In this document: positions 10,179 through 21,801 of the stretch, one piece after another
Numbering within the stretch: the stretch's first letter is position 1
Layout: the number at the start of each line of letters is the position of its first letter
Assembly (NCBI GenBank): GCA_963796965.1
Contig: CAWCNS010000006.1
Span: forward strand, 32,001 to 96,000
From: Calditrichia bacterium
Lineage (GTDB): Bacteria; Calditrichota; Calditrichia; JAJRVZ01
Direction: 5' to 3'
DNA: 64,000 bases
The notes under the pieces: model-generated
Databases searched by the model: none
The model's input: only the letters and a program-made list of their open reading frames with translations
What the model was told of the DNA's origin: nothing
Translations under genes and position numbers: made by a program

Positions 10179-12272
10179 ATGACGCCAAACAAAGAACAAC
10201 ATCGATCACCAAAACCTGAAAATAATTCAAATTCCAATCCAGGACATAATCTCCCTTACTCTCTACGCTCCCATCTCTATAGTAAGATTGAGACTGAGTT
10301 ATTTTCCCAACAGAAAGTATTTATACGCTGTTCAAATCATCTCCATCAAATCAAATACTTAACGTGGAGCGAGATCAATAAGCAGCATGAATTTTACCCC
10401 CATGAAGACAGTTTTTTAGAAAAGTTTTCTGCGCTCTTCAAAAGAAATATTCGCGTTCCAAATACGCCGGAAGTGAACGAATATATTTCATATTTACGTG
10501 AGACTATTTCTGATGAAATCGCTAAGCGCGTAAAAGAAGAAATGGATCTTAAAGAAAAATTGTCCAGACAACGTAAGCTAAAAACAAGTGAAGATCAGAG
10601 CATAGATCACGATGAAGCTTACTACCGTTCGCATCCAGAGTATAAACGATACAGAAATCATCTCGGTGAAACCCGGTGGATGACAAATAGAGAACGAGAA
10701 AGTCAAGATGAATTCACCGAGGAAGTCCAGTCTGCATTGCGGACAATTATTCAGGGTTTAAAATGGATAGTACCGATAATTTTAGTACTCTCTGCTCTGA
10801 TTTACCTATTTAAGCCAGATCTCTTTAATCCACCTAAACGTGGATACCTTCTGGTTTTTGCTAATGAGCGACGTGGAAATCTTTACATAAACGAAAAATT
10901 GCGGCTTGGTACGTCTCTCAATACCCCCATCAAACTGTTGACCGGGAAATACCAGATCACGTATAACAAAGATGGTTTTGAATCAGCGCCCGCGTATGTC
11001 AACGTCGACATCAAAGACCAGGATACAACAAAAGTTGCTTTTGTTCTGCTTCGTGTGAAAAGAGATGAGAAGGCATTAGTCAGAATAAATGCCATTCATC
11101 AGGATGCAAAAGTTTTTGTAGAAAATAGTTTCTATGGCCGATTAAAAGACAACAAAAATTTGTATTTAGATCCCGGTAAACATCGAATTGCTCTAAAAAA
11201 GGATAAATATGTTGCGTCACCTCCCTATGTTGATCTTTCTCTAAATGCTGGTGATTCAGTTACCGTCAATTTTGACTTTGTCTCCCGATCAACTGCGCGA
11301 ACAAGAAATACCACCGAGGACAATATTGGGATGGTAGAAATTATCTCTAACATTGCAGATGCTAAAATTATTGTAGATGGAGAAGATTCCGGCCATCGTA
11401 CGGATTATATATTTCATAAGATTCCTTTTGGTGAACACATTGTTACAGTTCAAAAAGATGGATATATGGTCGATCCCTCACAAAAATTAGTTCGCCTAAC
11501 AGAACTAAATCCTCATCACCGATTGCATTTTAAACTGCGTAAAGCGGACATTGCTGTATCAATAAGGACGGCACCTGTTAGAGGAAAAATATTTTTAGAT
11601 GGAAGTCAGAAGGGAGAGGGGGAATGGAAAGGCAGCTTGGCTCCAGGAAAATATAAAGTTCGTCTTGGTCCAATTGATCTTTTTCAAACACCGGATTCTC
11701 GGACCATCGAAGTGGGAGATAATCTCAAATCCAATTTTACATTTACTTATACGCCCATTTTCAGTGTCGCTTTTAGTCCGGAGTGGATCAGGCCTAAAAA
11801 TAAATCTGGAAGTATTCAAATAGGTTATTTGGATGAGGATAGAAATTTTAATTCTGATCCAAGCAATGCTCCAGAGATCCTTAAACCTGAGCCCTTTAAT
11901 GAAAAGGTCTGGGTATTGGGTTATGCCTTTGCCTATCGTAACCCCCCCCTTAATGATGCGATTGTATTTACATTTGATGTTCCAGAGTCGATCAATTTGA
12001 AAAATAATATGTGGCTCAAAATGTGGGGTTACCGCACCGATGAAAAGTATCCCCTGCAGTTTACTAATGTGAGTGAAATTAATATATCAATCAACAACCG
12101 TATCATTCAGGAAGATTATACGCCCAAGTATTCTATCGAAGAAGCGGGTAAGAATAATTTTGAAAGATTCCGGGTAAACAACTTGCTCCACCGGGGGAAA
12201 AACCGCTTATTAATATCAACCAGTTCTGTTAACACCACATATTTTGCCCTTTGGAAGATCGCTATAGAATAG
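10179..12272 (+). CDS. PEGA-repeat single-pass membrane protein
   Basis: Charged N-terminal region, one TM (WIVPIILVLSALIYLF), about four PEGA-like repeats (GKYQITYNKDGF, PGKHRIALKKDKY, GEHIVTVQKDGY, PGKYKV). Confidence 0.75.
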   Translation: MTPNKEQHRSPKPENNSNSNPGHNLPYSLRSHLYSKIETELFSQQKVFIRCSNHLHQIKYLTWSEINKQHEFYPHEDSFLEKFSALFKRNIRVPNTPEVNEYISYLRETISDEIAKRVKEEMDLKEKLSRQRKLKTSEDQSIDHDEAYYRSHPEYKRYRNHLGETRWMTNRERESQDEFTEEVQSALRTIIQGLKWIVPIILVLSALIYLFKPDLFNPPKRGYLLVFANERRGNLYINEKLRLGTSLNTPIKLLTGKYQITYNKDGFESAPAYVNVDIKDQDTTKVAFVLLRVKRDEKALVRINAIHQDAKVFVENSFYGRLKDNKNLYLDPGKHRIALKKDKYVASPPYVDLSLNAGDSVTVNFDFVSRSTARTRNTTEDNIGMVEIISNIADAKIIVDGEDSGHRTDYIFHKIPFGEHIVTVQKDGYMVDPSQKLVRLTELNPHHRLHFKLRKADIAVSIRTAPVRGKIFLDGSQKGEGEWKGSLAPGKYKVRLGPIDLFQTPDSRTIEVGDNLKSNFTFTYTPIFSVAFSPEWIRPKNKSGSIQIGYLDEDRNFNSDPSNAPEILKPEPFNEKVWVLGYAFAYRNPPLNDAIVFTFDVPESINLKNNMWLKMWGYRTDEKYPLQFTNVSEINISINNRIIQEDYTPKYSIEEAGKNNFERFRVNNLLHRGKNRLLISTSSVNTTYFALWKIAIE

Positions 12273-12466
12273 ATGATGGAATAGTATAAGAATTTTATTC
12301 CCCCTCTCCTCCCGGCCCCTGTTTGATTCATTATGCTTTATCGAGTAAATTCAGATATTAATAATTATATAGATTCTTTAAAATTAGCATATAAAATTTA
12401 AAGACGCGCTTACTCCCATCGCTCAAAATATAAGCGTACAAGACTAAAATTACTCATCACCAACCC

Positions 12467-13810
12467 ATGCAGAAAACAACTGATCTATTTATACATAATC
12501 ACAGAGAAAAAGATATTACTCTCATTCCCCTTGCGGAAAGATGTCGTCCATCGAGTTTTGACGCGGTAATTGGACATGATAATTATTTTGGGAAGAATTC
12601 TCTACTTCGGCGCCAGATTGAATCCGGAAAATTCCCATCTCTGATCTTATGGGGTCCTCCTGGGGTAGGAAAAACAACATTAGCAAAAGTAATAGCCCGT
12701 GAATGTGACCTACCATTTTCAATGCTATCAGCCGTCACTTCTGGAAAAAAGGAATTAAAGGCGGTTATTGATAAATCGCAATTCGAAATCAATCATGAGC
12801 AAAAAAATCACCTTTTATTCATAGATGAAATTCATCGCTACAATAAAGCCCAACAAGATGGTCTGCTCCATGCTGTTGAAGATGGAACGATTAAACTTAT
12901 TGGCGCAACAACCGAGAATCCTTCCTTTGAAGTGATTGCACCCTTGCTTTCAAGATGTCAGGTAATCAAGCTCGAACCTCTTACAGAAACATCATTAAAG
13001 GAAATAGTATTACAGGCCATTCAAAAAGATCCTATTCTCACGCAGCAGGAAATAGAAATCCCCGGTATGGAACTCTTAATTCACTATGGTTCCGGTGATG
13101 CCCGGCGAATGCTGAATTTATTAGAAAGCTGCATTGCCCAGGCTGGAGAGAATGATAGTCCGATTAAACTCGATGAACATCTAGTCAGAGAAGCAGCACA
13201 ACACAACACGTTGTTGTATGATAAACAAGGTGATTACCACTATGATCTAATTTCTGCATTTATTAAAAGCGTTCGGGGTAGCGATCCGGATGCAACTGTT
13301 TATTATCTGGCACGTATGCTTGAAGCAGGAGAGGATCCTGTATTTATTGCAAGACGTTTGATCATTTTGGCTTCTGAGGATATCGGAAATGCCGAGCCTT
13401 ATGCGTTATCGCTGGCAACGGCAGGATTACAGGCAGTGCATGCCATTGGGATGCCGGAAGCACGAATTGTATTATCACAAGTAGGAACCTATTTAGCATC
13501 CTGTCCTAAAAGTAATGCTGCTTATCTGGCTATAGACAAGGCAGGAGAAGATGTGAGAGCTAATCCTTCTCTTTCTGTTCCAATGCATCTCCGAAATGCA
13601 CCGACAAAATTGATGAAGGAAATGAAATATGGGGAAAATTATCAATACCCTCATGATTTTCCCGAACATTTTGTGGTGGATACGTATTTACCCGAGAAAC
13701 TCAAAAATCGTATCTATTATGATCCAACATCTTTGGGGAGGGAAAAGATCCTCAAAGAGCGTCTGGATAATTTTTGGCCAAAACGATCAGACAAGAAACA
13801 GGAAAAATAG
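12467..13810 (+). CDS. rarA: Replication-associated recombination protein A (RarA/MgsA)
   Basis: PLAERCRP, GPPGVGKTT, FIDEIHR, GATTENPSF, SAFIKSVRGSD, ASEDIGNA. Confidence 0.96.
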   Translation: MQKTTDLFIHNHREKDITLIPLAERCRPSSFDAVIGHDNYFGKNSLLRRQIESGKFPSLILWGPPGVGKTTLAKVIARECDLPFSMLSAVTSGKKELKAVIDKSQFEINHEQKNHLLFIDEIHRYNKAQQDGLLHAVEDGTIKLIGATTENPSFEVIAPLLSRCQVIKLEPLTETSLKEIVLQAIQKDPILTQQEIEIPGMELLIHYGSGDARRMLNLLESCIAQAGENDSPIKLDEHLVREAAQHNTLLYDKQGDYHYDLISAFIKSVRGSDPDATVYYLARMLEAGEDPVFIARRLIILASEDIGNAEPYALSLATAGLQAVHAIGMPEARIVLSQVGTYLASCPKSNAAYLAIDKAGEDVRANPSLSVPMHLRNAPTKLMKEMKYGENYQYPHDFPEHFVVDTYLPEKLKNRIYYDPTSLGREKILKERLDNFWPKRSDKKQEK

Positions 13811-13813
13811 TAA

Positions 13814-14362
13814 ATGGAAATCAGATCACAAAATTTTATAAAAAACTATTTTTTAGAGAGATTACTCGATGCCCGTCTTTATTTTATGAAGGATAAAGGA
13901 AACGAGACGGACTTTCTTGAGGCTATTAGAAATATAAAGAAGATTTTAGTCATATTACCTATCAATCGATCAGATGAAATTAATTCCCGAAAGTTTATCA
14001 AGACGATTCAATCAGAACTTGGCAAAGTTAAAATATCTACACTTGATCTAACGACGTTACGAAAAAGTGATACCAATTGGCTCGGAGTGCCCAATCATCA
14101 GTATCTAACTAATATTCAGAGTGAGGATTTTGATCTTATGATGGATCTTAACAATTACCATGATCGGGTATGTGTTTATTTGGGCGCCCTAACCGATGCC
14201 CCCCTAAGAGTGCATGCCAGCCGCGGTAAATTTGATAAAATCTATAATCTGGAAATTCGGACTTCTGGCGATTCCAACCTGAATGAGAGATACCAGAGTA
14301 TTTTAACCTATCTCTCCCAATTGCGTAGAAGAAAAGATTCCCTGGCTCAATCGAAATTTTAA
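13814..14362 (+). CDS. Hypothetical protein (DUF6913-like, GT-fold fragment-like)
   Basis: 182-aa ORF; NWLGVP...FDLMMDLN motif. Confidence 0.55.
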   Translation: MEIRSQNFIKNYFLERLLDARLYFMKDKGNETDFLEAIRNIKKILVILPINRSDEINSRKFIKTIQSELGKVKISTLDLTTLRKSDTNWLGVPNHQYLTNIQSEDFDLMMDLNNYHDRVCVYLGALTDAPLRVHASRGKFDKIYNLEIRTSGDSNLNERYQSILTYLSQLRRRKDSLAQSKF

Positions 14363-14404
14363 TGATGAGCCCGATTTTATCAATAATAACCCATAGAATC
14401 TGAT

Positions 14405-15752
14405 ATGAATCTTATCCTCAAATTTCATTTAATCCAAATCTACAATTTCTGGCGTCATCTTGGGTTAAGAATTCAAATTGAAATTATTATCCTTTTCGTC
14501 ATCTTCTATTCTTTTTTTACAAGCAAACTAATTATTTTCTTTAATCAGATATTGGATCAACCCAATGTCACCGATTGGGGACTAAACGGTTTTGCTATTC
14601 ATACCTTTCTCTTCATCGCCCTGTTTTCAACACCATTTATCTATTTTAAAATGATTCCAAAGCAAAAAGGCTTAAGAATTTTTTATACCCAGCCCCTATC
14701 GGCATCACAGACATTATATTCCATGATTCTTTATTATTTAAAGTATGAATTGATCTTCAGCTCTTCTATATACACCTGTTTTAAGCGCTCTTCTCATCTC
14801 ATCCGGAATTTTTTCTGTCATTTACGGACTTGTTATTTTTATCTCCCTACCCATTTATTCGATCATCATTATTCATTTTTTGTCCACAAAATCAGATAAA
14901 AAATCCACAATTATCCTTAAGTATAATCTACTAAGTGTGGGATATTTTGCAGGATATTTTTATTTATACTGGAATACAGGCCTGGCTGTATACTATGATC
15001 TGTTGATTGTAGCAGCTCTCTCATTCATCCTTCGCCATATTTGGCGATTTCACTGGCATACCTGGGATCAGATAATTCAAAGGTTCAGCTCGCTGCTAGA
15101 ACAGTCTGAAAAAGAATTAACGGGAATTCATTATTCAAACTTATCATTTATTAGACCAAAGGCCATTCGGCCACTTTATATCAAGGACTTCTTGTCACAA
15201 TTTCGAAATAAACATTACATAAGACTCAAAATAGTAAGTTTATTGCTATTAATTTCTGCCCTCCTCATCGTCGAGATCTTTTTCGAAGAGAGTTTTCTCC
15301 CCGCCCTTTCCATCCTCTCACTTATATTGATTTGGGAGCATTATTCTCACCAATTTAACGAAAAATATTCTGGAAGGGAGCCGCGATATTTTTACAAAGT
15401 TTTACCGATCAGGTTTTATCAGGTTATTCTTGCAAAATTTATGAGTGAATTTTTATATATTTTGATAATCACTTTGATTCTCTTCGTTTTCCTAGCCATA
15501 CATCAGATTTCGTTACTAAACATTTTTATATTTACCGGAATGGTGCTTATCATTTCGGCCTTTATTCTGTATCTGATGATCCTGGTTCGCACACTTTTTT
15601 ATGACAATCCCCGTTTTGCCGGATATGCCTATCATTTGATGCTCATTTTTACAATTGTTATGATAATTAATTTTCATTTGGTGGGGCCTATTGTAACCAT
15701 TGGTATATTGATTTATCTAAATATTAAGAGTTATCGTCAGTTTAATAATTGA
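14405..15752 (+). CDS. Multi-pass ABC transporter permease (one +1 frameshift near 14758)
   Basis: Two hydrophobic ORFs join into one frame after removing one base (junction ALLYTPVLSALLISSGIF); directly upstream of ABC ATPase. Confidence 0.7.
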
Positions 15753-15759
15753 GGAAAGC

Positions 15760-16479
15760 ATGATAAAAGTTGACAATTTAACCATTCGTTATCCCAAGGT
15801 TCTGGCTGTCGACAATCTTACCTTGGAACTAAAACCGGGTATTGTCTACGGGCTTATTGGCCCAAACGGAGCGGGAAAAAGCTCCCTTTTAAAAAGTTTA
15901 GTGGGCTTAATTTCCGAATATGAAGGTGAAATATATTATGATGATCTTATATTAAGAAAAAACAGGCAGCAAATAAAATCTCTGATCGGGTATGCTCCGG
16001 AAGACCCTGATTTATTTCCTTATTTGACCGGTCGTGAATACTTAAAAATGATATCTGAGATCAGAAATTCAGATAACATACAGCTAATTAATGAGATAGC
16101 TAACGAATTATCGCTGGAATTTACAATTAATGAATTAATCAATCGCTATTCTCATGGGATGCGCCAAAAAATTTCATTTGCAGCGGCCTTGATCGCTAAA
16201 CCACAAAATATAATTCTTGATGAAGCCTTGAACGGATTTGACCCTGTTTCTCTCTATAATGCAAAAAGCATCTTACAACATCTATCCCGGGAAGGAAAAA
16301 CCATCTTGCTCTCTTCTCATGTTCTGGAATTGATGGAAAAATGGTGTGAGGAAATAATTATTATGAATAAAGGTAAAATTATAGACATTTATACAATAGA
16401 GAAAATTGCAGAAATAAAAAAACAAACGGGGAAGGGTTTCAACGAGCATTTTATATCTTTGATCCAGGATGATTCCTGA
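15760..16479 (+). CDS. ABC transporter ATP-binding protein (ABC-2 type)
   Basis: GPNGAGKS, YSHGMRQK, IILDEA, SSH. Confidence 0.92.
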   Translation: MIKVDNLTIRYPKVLAVDNLTLELKPGIVYGLIGPNGAGKSSLLKSLVGLISEYEGEIYYDDLILRKNRQQIKSLIGYAPEDPDLFPYLTGREYLKMISEIRNSDNIQLINEIANELSLEFTINELINRYSHGMRQKISFAAALIAKPQNIILDEALNGFDPVSLYNAKSILQHLSREGKTILLSSHVLELMEKWCEEIIIMNKGKIIDIYTIEKIAEIKKQTGKGFNEHFISLIQDDS

Positions 16480-16569
16480 AAATATTTTATAATACCCTGT
16501 AATTGTAAGTTCTATCGTTTGCATAAATCCAAGATTTTACTAACCAATTTGGCCACCTGCAGGGATTAT

Positions 16570-18143
16570 TTACCCCTGAAAAACGATGTCTCCACCAAGT
16601 ACTGTCATTCCAACCTTTAACCCAGCCAGAGAATCCTCGTCTCCAGACTCCAATTCAATTGGCAGAGCAATAAAATCAGCCAGCTTTCCCGGGGATAACG
16701 TACCTTTTAATAATTCTTCATAAGAAGCATAAGCAGCATCGCGGGTATAGGCCCGTAAGGCCTTTACAATGGCTATTGATTGTTCCGGATGCCAGCTCGG
16801 TTCCTTTTTATCCAGAAGATACCGCCGGCCCACAGCTGCCCTGATTCCCTTTATTGGGTCTGGATCGGCTACTGGCATATCCGAGCCAAAAACCACCCGG
16901 CAGCCCGCCTTTATTAGACTTTTAACAGCATAGGTGCTTTTTGTGCGTTCATCCAGGAATTTGTCTGCAATTTTCACATCATCAGATATATGCATGGGTT
17001 GCATGGAAGCTGATAATATCTAATGATCCAAATCTTCCTATATCACTTTCTCGGAGAATCTGCGCATGTTCAATTCTATTACGAAGCCTTTTTTTGCTGG
17101 ATATTTCTCTAACTTTTTCAAGTACATTAAGAGCTTTAAAATTTGCCTTATCACCAATAGCATGTATTGTTGCACTTAAACCCGCTAGGGTTGAACGTTC
17201 AAGTTTTTCATGTAATTCTGCTTCCGTCATTACTTCTATGCCGGCCTGATTTGAGCCTTTATAATTTTCATGCATTTCTGCTGTCTGTGAACCTAGAGAT
17301 CCATCTATAAAATATTTTAGTCCTCCCAGACGAAGCCATTCATTTCCATATCCGGAACAAAGCCCAGAGCAAACAAACTCATCTATATGCTCTACGGGTG
17401 GATGCATACAAATACGGATATTCAAATCCCTTTTCTGTCCTAACTCCTGAAAAAGGCGCCAGATCTCCATACTTTCACAACTATGGGCAGAAGTGATTCC
17501 TAAGGCATACAATTCCGGAAGAAGTAATTCCATGCATTGTTTTAATAAGTCGCTTGTAACTGTCCCAACTCTCCTGTTTACCAAATCACAGGCTTTCTCA
17601 TATACCAAACCGCTTAATTCGCCGGTACTATCACAAACCAATTTACCACCCGTTGGTGTATCCGAAATCGTATTAAAGCCACAAATCTCCATCGCCCGGG
17701 AATTCAACCACTGTCCATGTCCATCCTTATTAAATAAGGCGACAGGATTATCGGAAACTATATTATCCAGGTATTTCTTATGAGGTGATCCATCTTTCCA
17801 GAGGTTTGCATTCCATCCTCCCCCAAGTATCCAGGAGCCCGGTGGACGTTTTTCGGAAAATTCAGCAATCCTCTGGAGAGCTAATTTTAATGTATCACAA
17901 TTGTCAAGCCGCAGATTCATTTTATCAAGCGCAACAGAGGCTATATGCGTATGGCAATCGATAAAACCAGGGTAAATATGTCTTCCTTGTAAATCAATTT
18001 TTTTAACTTGCTGATCAGATATATTTATACCGATTTCGGGGCCAGTATATATTATACGGTCATTGAGAATCAATAAACAATCCGTTATGGGGCGACTATC
18101 ATCTAATGTATGAATAATACCATTGTGAAATAGACTTATACAT
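16570..18143 (-). CDS. Amidohydrolase 3 family (YtcJ-like), +1 frameshifts near 18134 and 17012
   Basis: PGFIDCHTH, DGSLGSQTA, IHAIGD, RIEHAQ, SMQPMH, FGSDMP, GKLADF; N-terminus MYKLFHNGIIHT restored by removing one base. Confidence 0.88.
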
Positions 18144-18170
18144 CGGTCTTCCCTATGATAGTATTTTGAA

Positions 18171-18198
18171 AGATTAAAAATTAATGATTAAAAGTTAA
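18171..18198. repeat. Degenerate heptamer run
   Basis: AGATTAA AAATTAA TGATTAA AAGTTAA. Confidence 0.45.
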
Positions 18199-18274
18199 AG
18201 AAAAAAATGACATGAAAGTTATGGAGGAACAGATTATAGTGGGACTAAATAATTCTTAGAGAATAGAATAGGAC

Positions 18275-18300
18275 AAAAAAAAGCCCTCATTCAGAGGGCT
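18275..18300 (-). terminator. Intrinsic terminator at the end of rpoZ
   Basis: Stem AGCCCTC/GAGGGCT with 5-nt loop overlapping the stop codon, followed by a U run on the minus strand. Confidence 0.7.
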
Positions 18301-18604
18301 CTTCATTAATTTTAATTTCATCATCTTTTATATATTTATATTTCAGCTTTCCATCTAGTAATTCAACTTGAGCAATCACGGTCGGGTTAATCTCCCTCTC
18401 GTGTTCAATTCCTTCCATGAACTCCCGGTCATATATATCGAGCTCCTGATCGTATCCTGATTCTTCCAGGACTTCCTTCTCTCTTCTTTCGGCAATCCGG
18501 CCGGTGTTTATTTCTCGTGCACGTTTAGCAATAACAAGACATGCTTCATAAACATTGTCAGAATTATCTTCCAGACTTAATAGATCCAATGTTTTTATGG
18601 CCAT
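18287..18604 (-). CDS. rpoZ: RNA polymerase omega subunit (FCB-type)
   Basis: NVYEACLVIAKRAREIN...PTVIAQVELLDGKL; GGAGGAG RBS. Confidence 0.82.
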   Translation of the reverse strand: MAIKTLDLLSLEDNSDNVYEACLVIAKRAREINTGRIAERREKEVLEESGYDQELDIYDREFMEGIEHEREINPTVIAQVELLDGKLKYKYIKDDEIKINEEPSE

Positions 18605-18639
18605 GAACTCCTCCAGGTTAATTCCAAGTTAAGCCCGTA

Positions 18640-18668
18640 AATTTAATATATAATAAGTCGCGTGTCAA
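18640..18668 (-). promoter_or_regulatory. Putative sigma70 promoter of rpoZ
   Basis: TTGACA-17 nt-TAAATT on minus strand. Confidence 0.55.
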
Positions 18669-18893
18669 CTTATTTGCATGCTATTTCTAAAGGTGATATT
18701 AATGGAGGTGCTTTTTGATTTTGGTAAGTCCTTATACCTAGGGTACCCGCTGCCCTTCTCCGGTCTAAACTTTTAAGCACAAGAATAAATGCGGGGAGAT
18801 GGGTTATTCAATCATACCTTTTATAAATTTATTCCAACCCAAACACATGAATAAAACAAGTAATACCATATTGACTTAATACTTTTCAGATAA

Positions 18894-20120
18894 CTAACGG
18901 ATCGAAAGATTTGGAAGATCTTCCCCCTCCAATCTTGCCACGACAACCGCTCCAACACTATCACTCAACACATTGATCGTGGTACGAAACATATCCAATA
19001 CCCGGTCCACAGCAAGAATTATTGCAACACCTTCAAGGGGCAAGCCTACGGCTTTAAGAATAATGGACATCATTACCAAACCACTCATGGGTACACTAGC
19101 AGCACCTATTGAAGCAAGTAAGGCCGTAATCACAACGATCATTTGCGAACCCACAGATAATTCTATCCCATATACCTGGGCAATAAAAATTGTGGCCGCA
19201 CATTCATATAGTGCTGTACCATCCATGTTAACGGTTGCTCCAATAGGTAAAGTAAAACTGGCAACTTTCTTGGATACCTGAGAGTTTCCGGTTACAGCAT
19301 CCATAGTTAAGGGTAATGTTACCATCGATGAACAGGTGGAAAATGCCGTTAACAGCGCTGCAGGCATACCTTTATAATGCTTAATTGGTCTAACCATTGC
19401 TATGAATCTTAAAAGAGCGGGAAGACTAATGGCGGCGTGAATAAATAATCCTAAAAGGACAATTAGAAAATATAAACCTAATGAATTAAAAGCAGAGAAG
19501 CCGGTTTTCGCAACAATTCTGGCCATAATACCAAAGACACCCAATGGTGCTGCCCAAACCACAAAGTGCGTGACTTTCATCATTGTTTCGAAAGAGGCCT
19601 GAAAAAATGTAGATAATTCTCGTTTTGGTTTATCAGCTAATCGGGTAATAAAATAGCCAAAAAGTATACAAAAAAATATGACGGGAAGAACATCACCTGC
19701 AGCCATTGCTTTAAATGGATTTTCGGGAATAATATTTAAAAGTAAATCACTTAAGGACTGATCTGCGGCACTTACATGCTGCGGTTTTTCTTCAAGACCA
19801 ATTACGGCCCCTACCCCTGGTTTAAAGATATTAACAAGTAATAATCCTGTCATTATAGCAAGAAAACTACTCAGAATGTAGTATCCAAATGTTTTAATAC
19901 TTAAGCGACCCAACCCCGCGCCGTCTCCAACACTTACAACTCCCGAAATAATTGAGGTTATTATGAGTGGAATAATTGCCATACGCAGCAATCTTAGAAA
20001 TATATTGGCAAAGAAATCAGCATAAGGGATTATTGGTAATCCAATAAACCAGCCTGATATGGCCCCCAAAAGCAAGCCAATAAATATATAGTGGGTCAGG
20101 TTTGGCTTTTTGAAAATCAT
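18894..20120 (-). CDS. Dicarboxylate/amino acid:cation symporter (DAACS, GltP-like)
   Basis: AFSTCSS, GATVNMDGTALYE, DRVLDMFRTTINV. Confidence 0.93.
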   Translation of the reverse strand: MIFKKPNLTHYIFIGLLLGAISGWFIGLPIIPYADFFANIFLRLLRMAIIPLIITSIISGVVSVGDGAGLGRLSIKTFGYYILSSFLAIMTGLLLVNIFKPGVGAVIGLEEKPQHVSAADQSLSDLLLNIIPENPFKAMAAGDVLPVIFFCILFGYFITRLADKPKRELSTFFQASFETMMKVTHFVVWAAPLGVFGIMARIVAKTGFSAFNSLGLYFLIVLLGLFIHAAISLPALLRFIAMVRPIKHYKGMPAALLTAFSTCSSMVTLPLTMDAVTGNSQVSKKVASFTLPIGATVNMDGTALYECAATIFIAQVYGIELSVGSQMIVVITALLASIGAASVPMSGLVMMSIILKAVGLPLEGVAIILAVDRVLDMFRTTINVLSDSVGAVVVARLEGEDLPNLSIR

Positions 20121-20239
20121 GCGGAATTATAAATTTAAAATTATTCACAGCGATAAATTCAGATATAATTTAATTAATTGATACGGATCACAAGATGCGC
20201 GATAAATGGCATTGGGTTTAGACATCAGGGCAAAAAAGA

Positions 20240-21370
20240 TTATTCTGGTCCACTGACCCTATAAGGATTCTCTATGCCATATTCTCTAACTATTTCATCA
20301 TAATCATCAAACCAATAAGCATCGGGATTACTGGTAAATACCATAAACCTTGCTTTTTCCTGCGGATTAGCAGCGCGATGATAACGCATATAAATCCGGC
20401 CGCTGGTTCTTCCTACTACTTCTATTTTTCCCGTGCTATGGGACATGACCAGGCGGGCTCTTTTTGCTAATCCAGAACATTTCATGCGCGATTTTTCAAA
20501 TATCTCAAAAGCTTGTTCAATCGGAATTGCATAGGTTTTATTTCCCAATGTTGGCCGACAAAGAAACAAATAGTAAGGAGGAATGCCTATATATGAGAGC
20601 TGGTTAAATAATTCTGCTAATACCTCAGGATTATCATTAACACCCTTAATCAAAGGTGTTTGATTCACAGTTTCACTCCTGCCTGACGAAGCAGATTCAT
20701 TGCTTTAATCGATTCTACTGTTAGCTCTCTCGGATGATTAAAATGTGCCATGATATATATTTTTCTAGTAGCTGTACTATATGTTCTAAATAAATCTAGC
20801 AAAGAAGGATCGCTGAGGATTCTATAAGGATTAAATATGGGAATCTTTGTTCCTATGCGAATAATCTTGATATGATCCATCTCCCGTAACGGCTTAATCA
20901 CATTTTCTAATTTGGCAGTTGACATAATAAGCGGATCCCCGCCTGTCAACAGCACATTGTTGATTTCTTGGTGATTTCGGATATACTCAAGAGCTTTACT
21001 GACGTCCCGAACAACTTCATCATTTTCATCCATAAATATTCGTTTACGAAAACAAAAGCGACAATAGGCCCCACAAACATCATTGACAAGGATGAGCGCT
21101 GTATACTCATATTTATGCTCCAGACCTGTTAATTTTGGTATAGCCATTCTCGCCAGAAGCATCCAATCGACCCCATGCAGATAATTCCGCCTTGTTTGGG
21201 ATCACAATTCTGCGAATAGGATCATCCGGATCATCCCAATTAATTAATTTTTGATAGTAAGTATTTGAGCGAAACATAAATTTTTGAGTGACTTCTTTTA
21301 ATTCATTTTGGGACGATTTAGATATTTCGGGTATTTGTTCGAGATTAGTTATATACTGAGGTTTCTCCAT
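20240..21370 (-). CDS. KamA-family radical SAM aminomutase-like protein (frameshifts near 21130 and 20672)
   Basis: GLEHKY, CGAYCRFCFRKR, LLTGGDPL, HFNHPRE, NQTPLIKGVND, PPYYLF across three ORF pieces. Confidence 0.88.
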
Positions 21371-21513
21371 AAGTACTTCTATCCTTAAAAAGTTGGTAAA
21401 ACATACCGATTTTAATATTTATTGAATTCCTGGGCCGCTTTGATTATGTTCATACATGTCCACGGTAAAGATGGGTGAGCATCTAATATATACGAGAAAC
21501 TTTGTGTTTCCAA

Positions 21514-21536
21514 ATATCACACATTTAATGTGATAT
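21514..21536. promoter_or_regulatory. Perfect 8-bp inverted repeat, possible operator in divergent intergenic region
   Basis: ATATCACA-N7-TGTGATAT. Confidence 0.35.
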
Positions 21537-21801
21537 AGAATATTAATATTCATAATCGACAAATATAACCATTAATTAAGCCTGTTTATCAGAAAGTAAT
21601 CACATATCAGATAAAAATATATAATACAGTTTCTCCAGCAAATTCTCAGAAGAAATTACATATTGAACTTCTGTCAGCAAAACATATCCGCTATTTTAAG
21701 CATGACGATTCTCTTTTTAAATAATCTGAGCAATTATAGCAAATTTGATATTATATTATAAAGAATATATCTTTCGGGTTATCACAAATAATTATCCGGA
21801 G

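Noticed and set aside
18670..18890. ncRNA or small ORF between rpoZ and the symporter
   Set aside because: Locally GC-richer but no recognisable RNA family or convincing ORF
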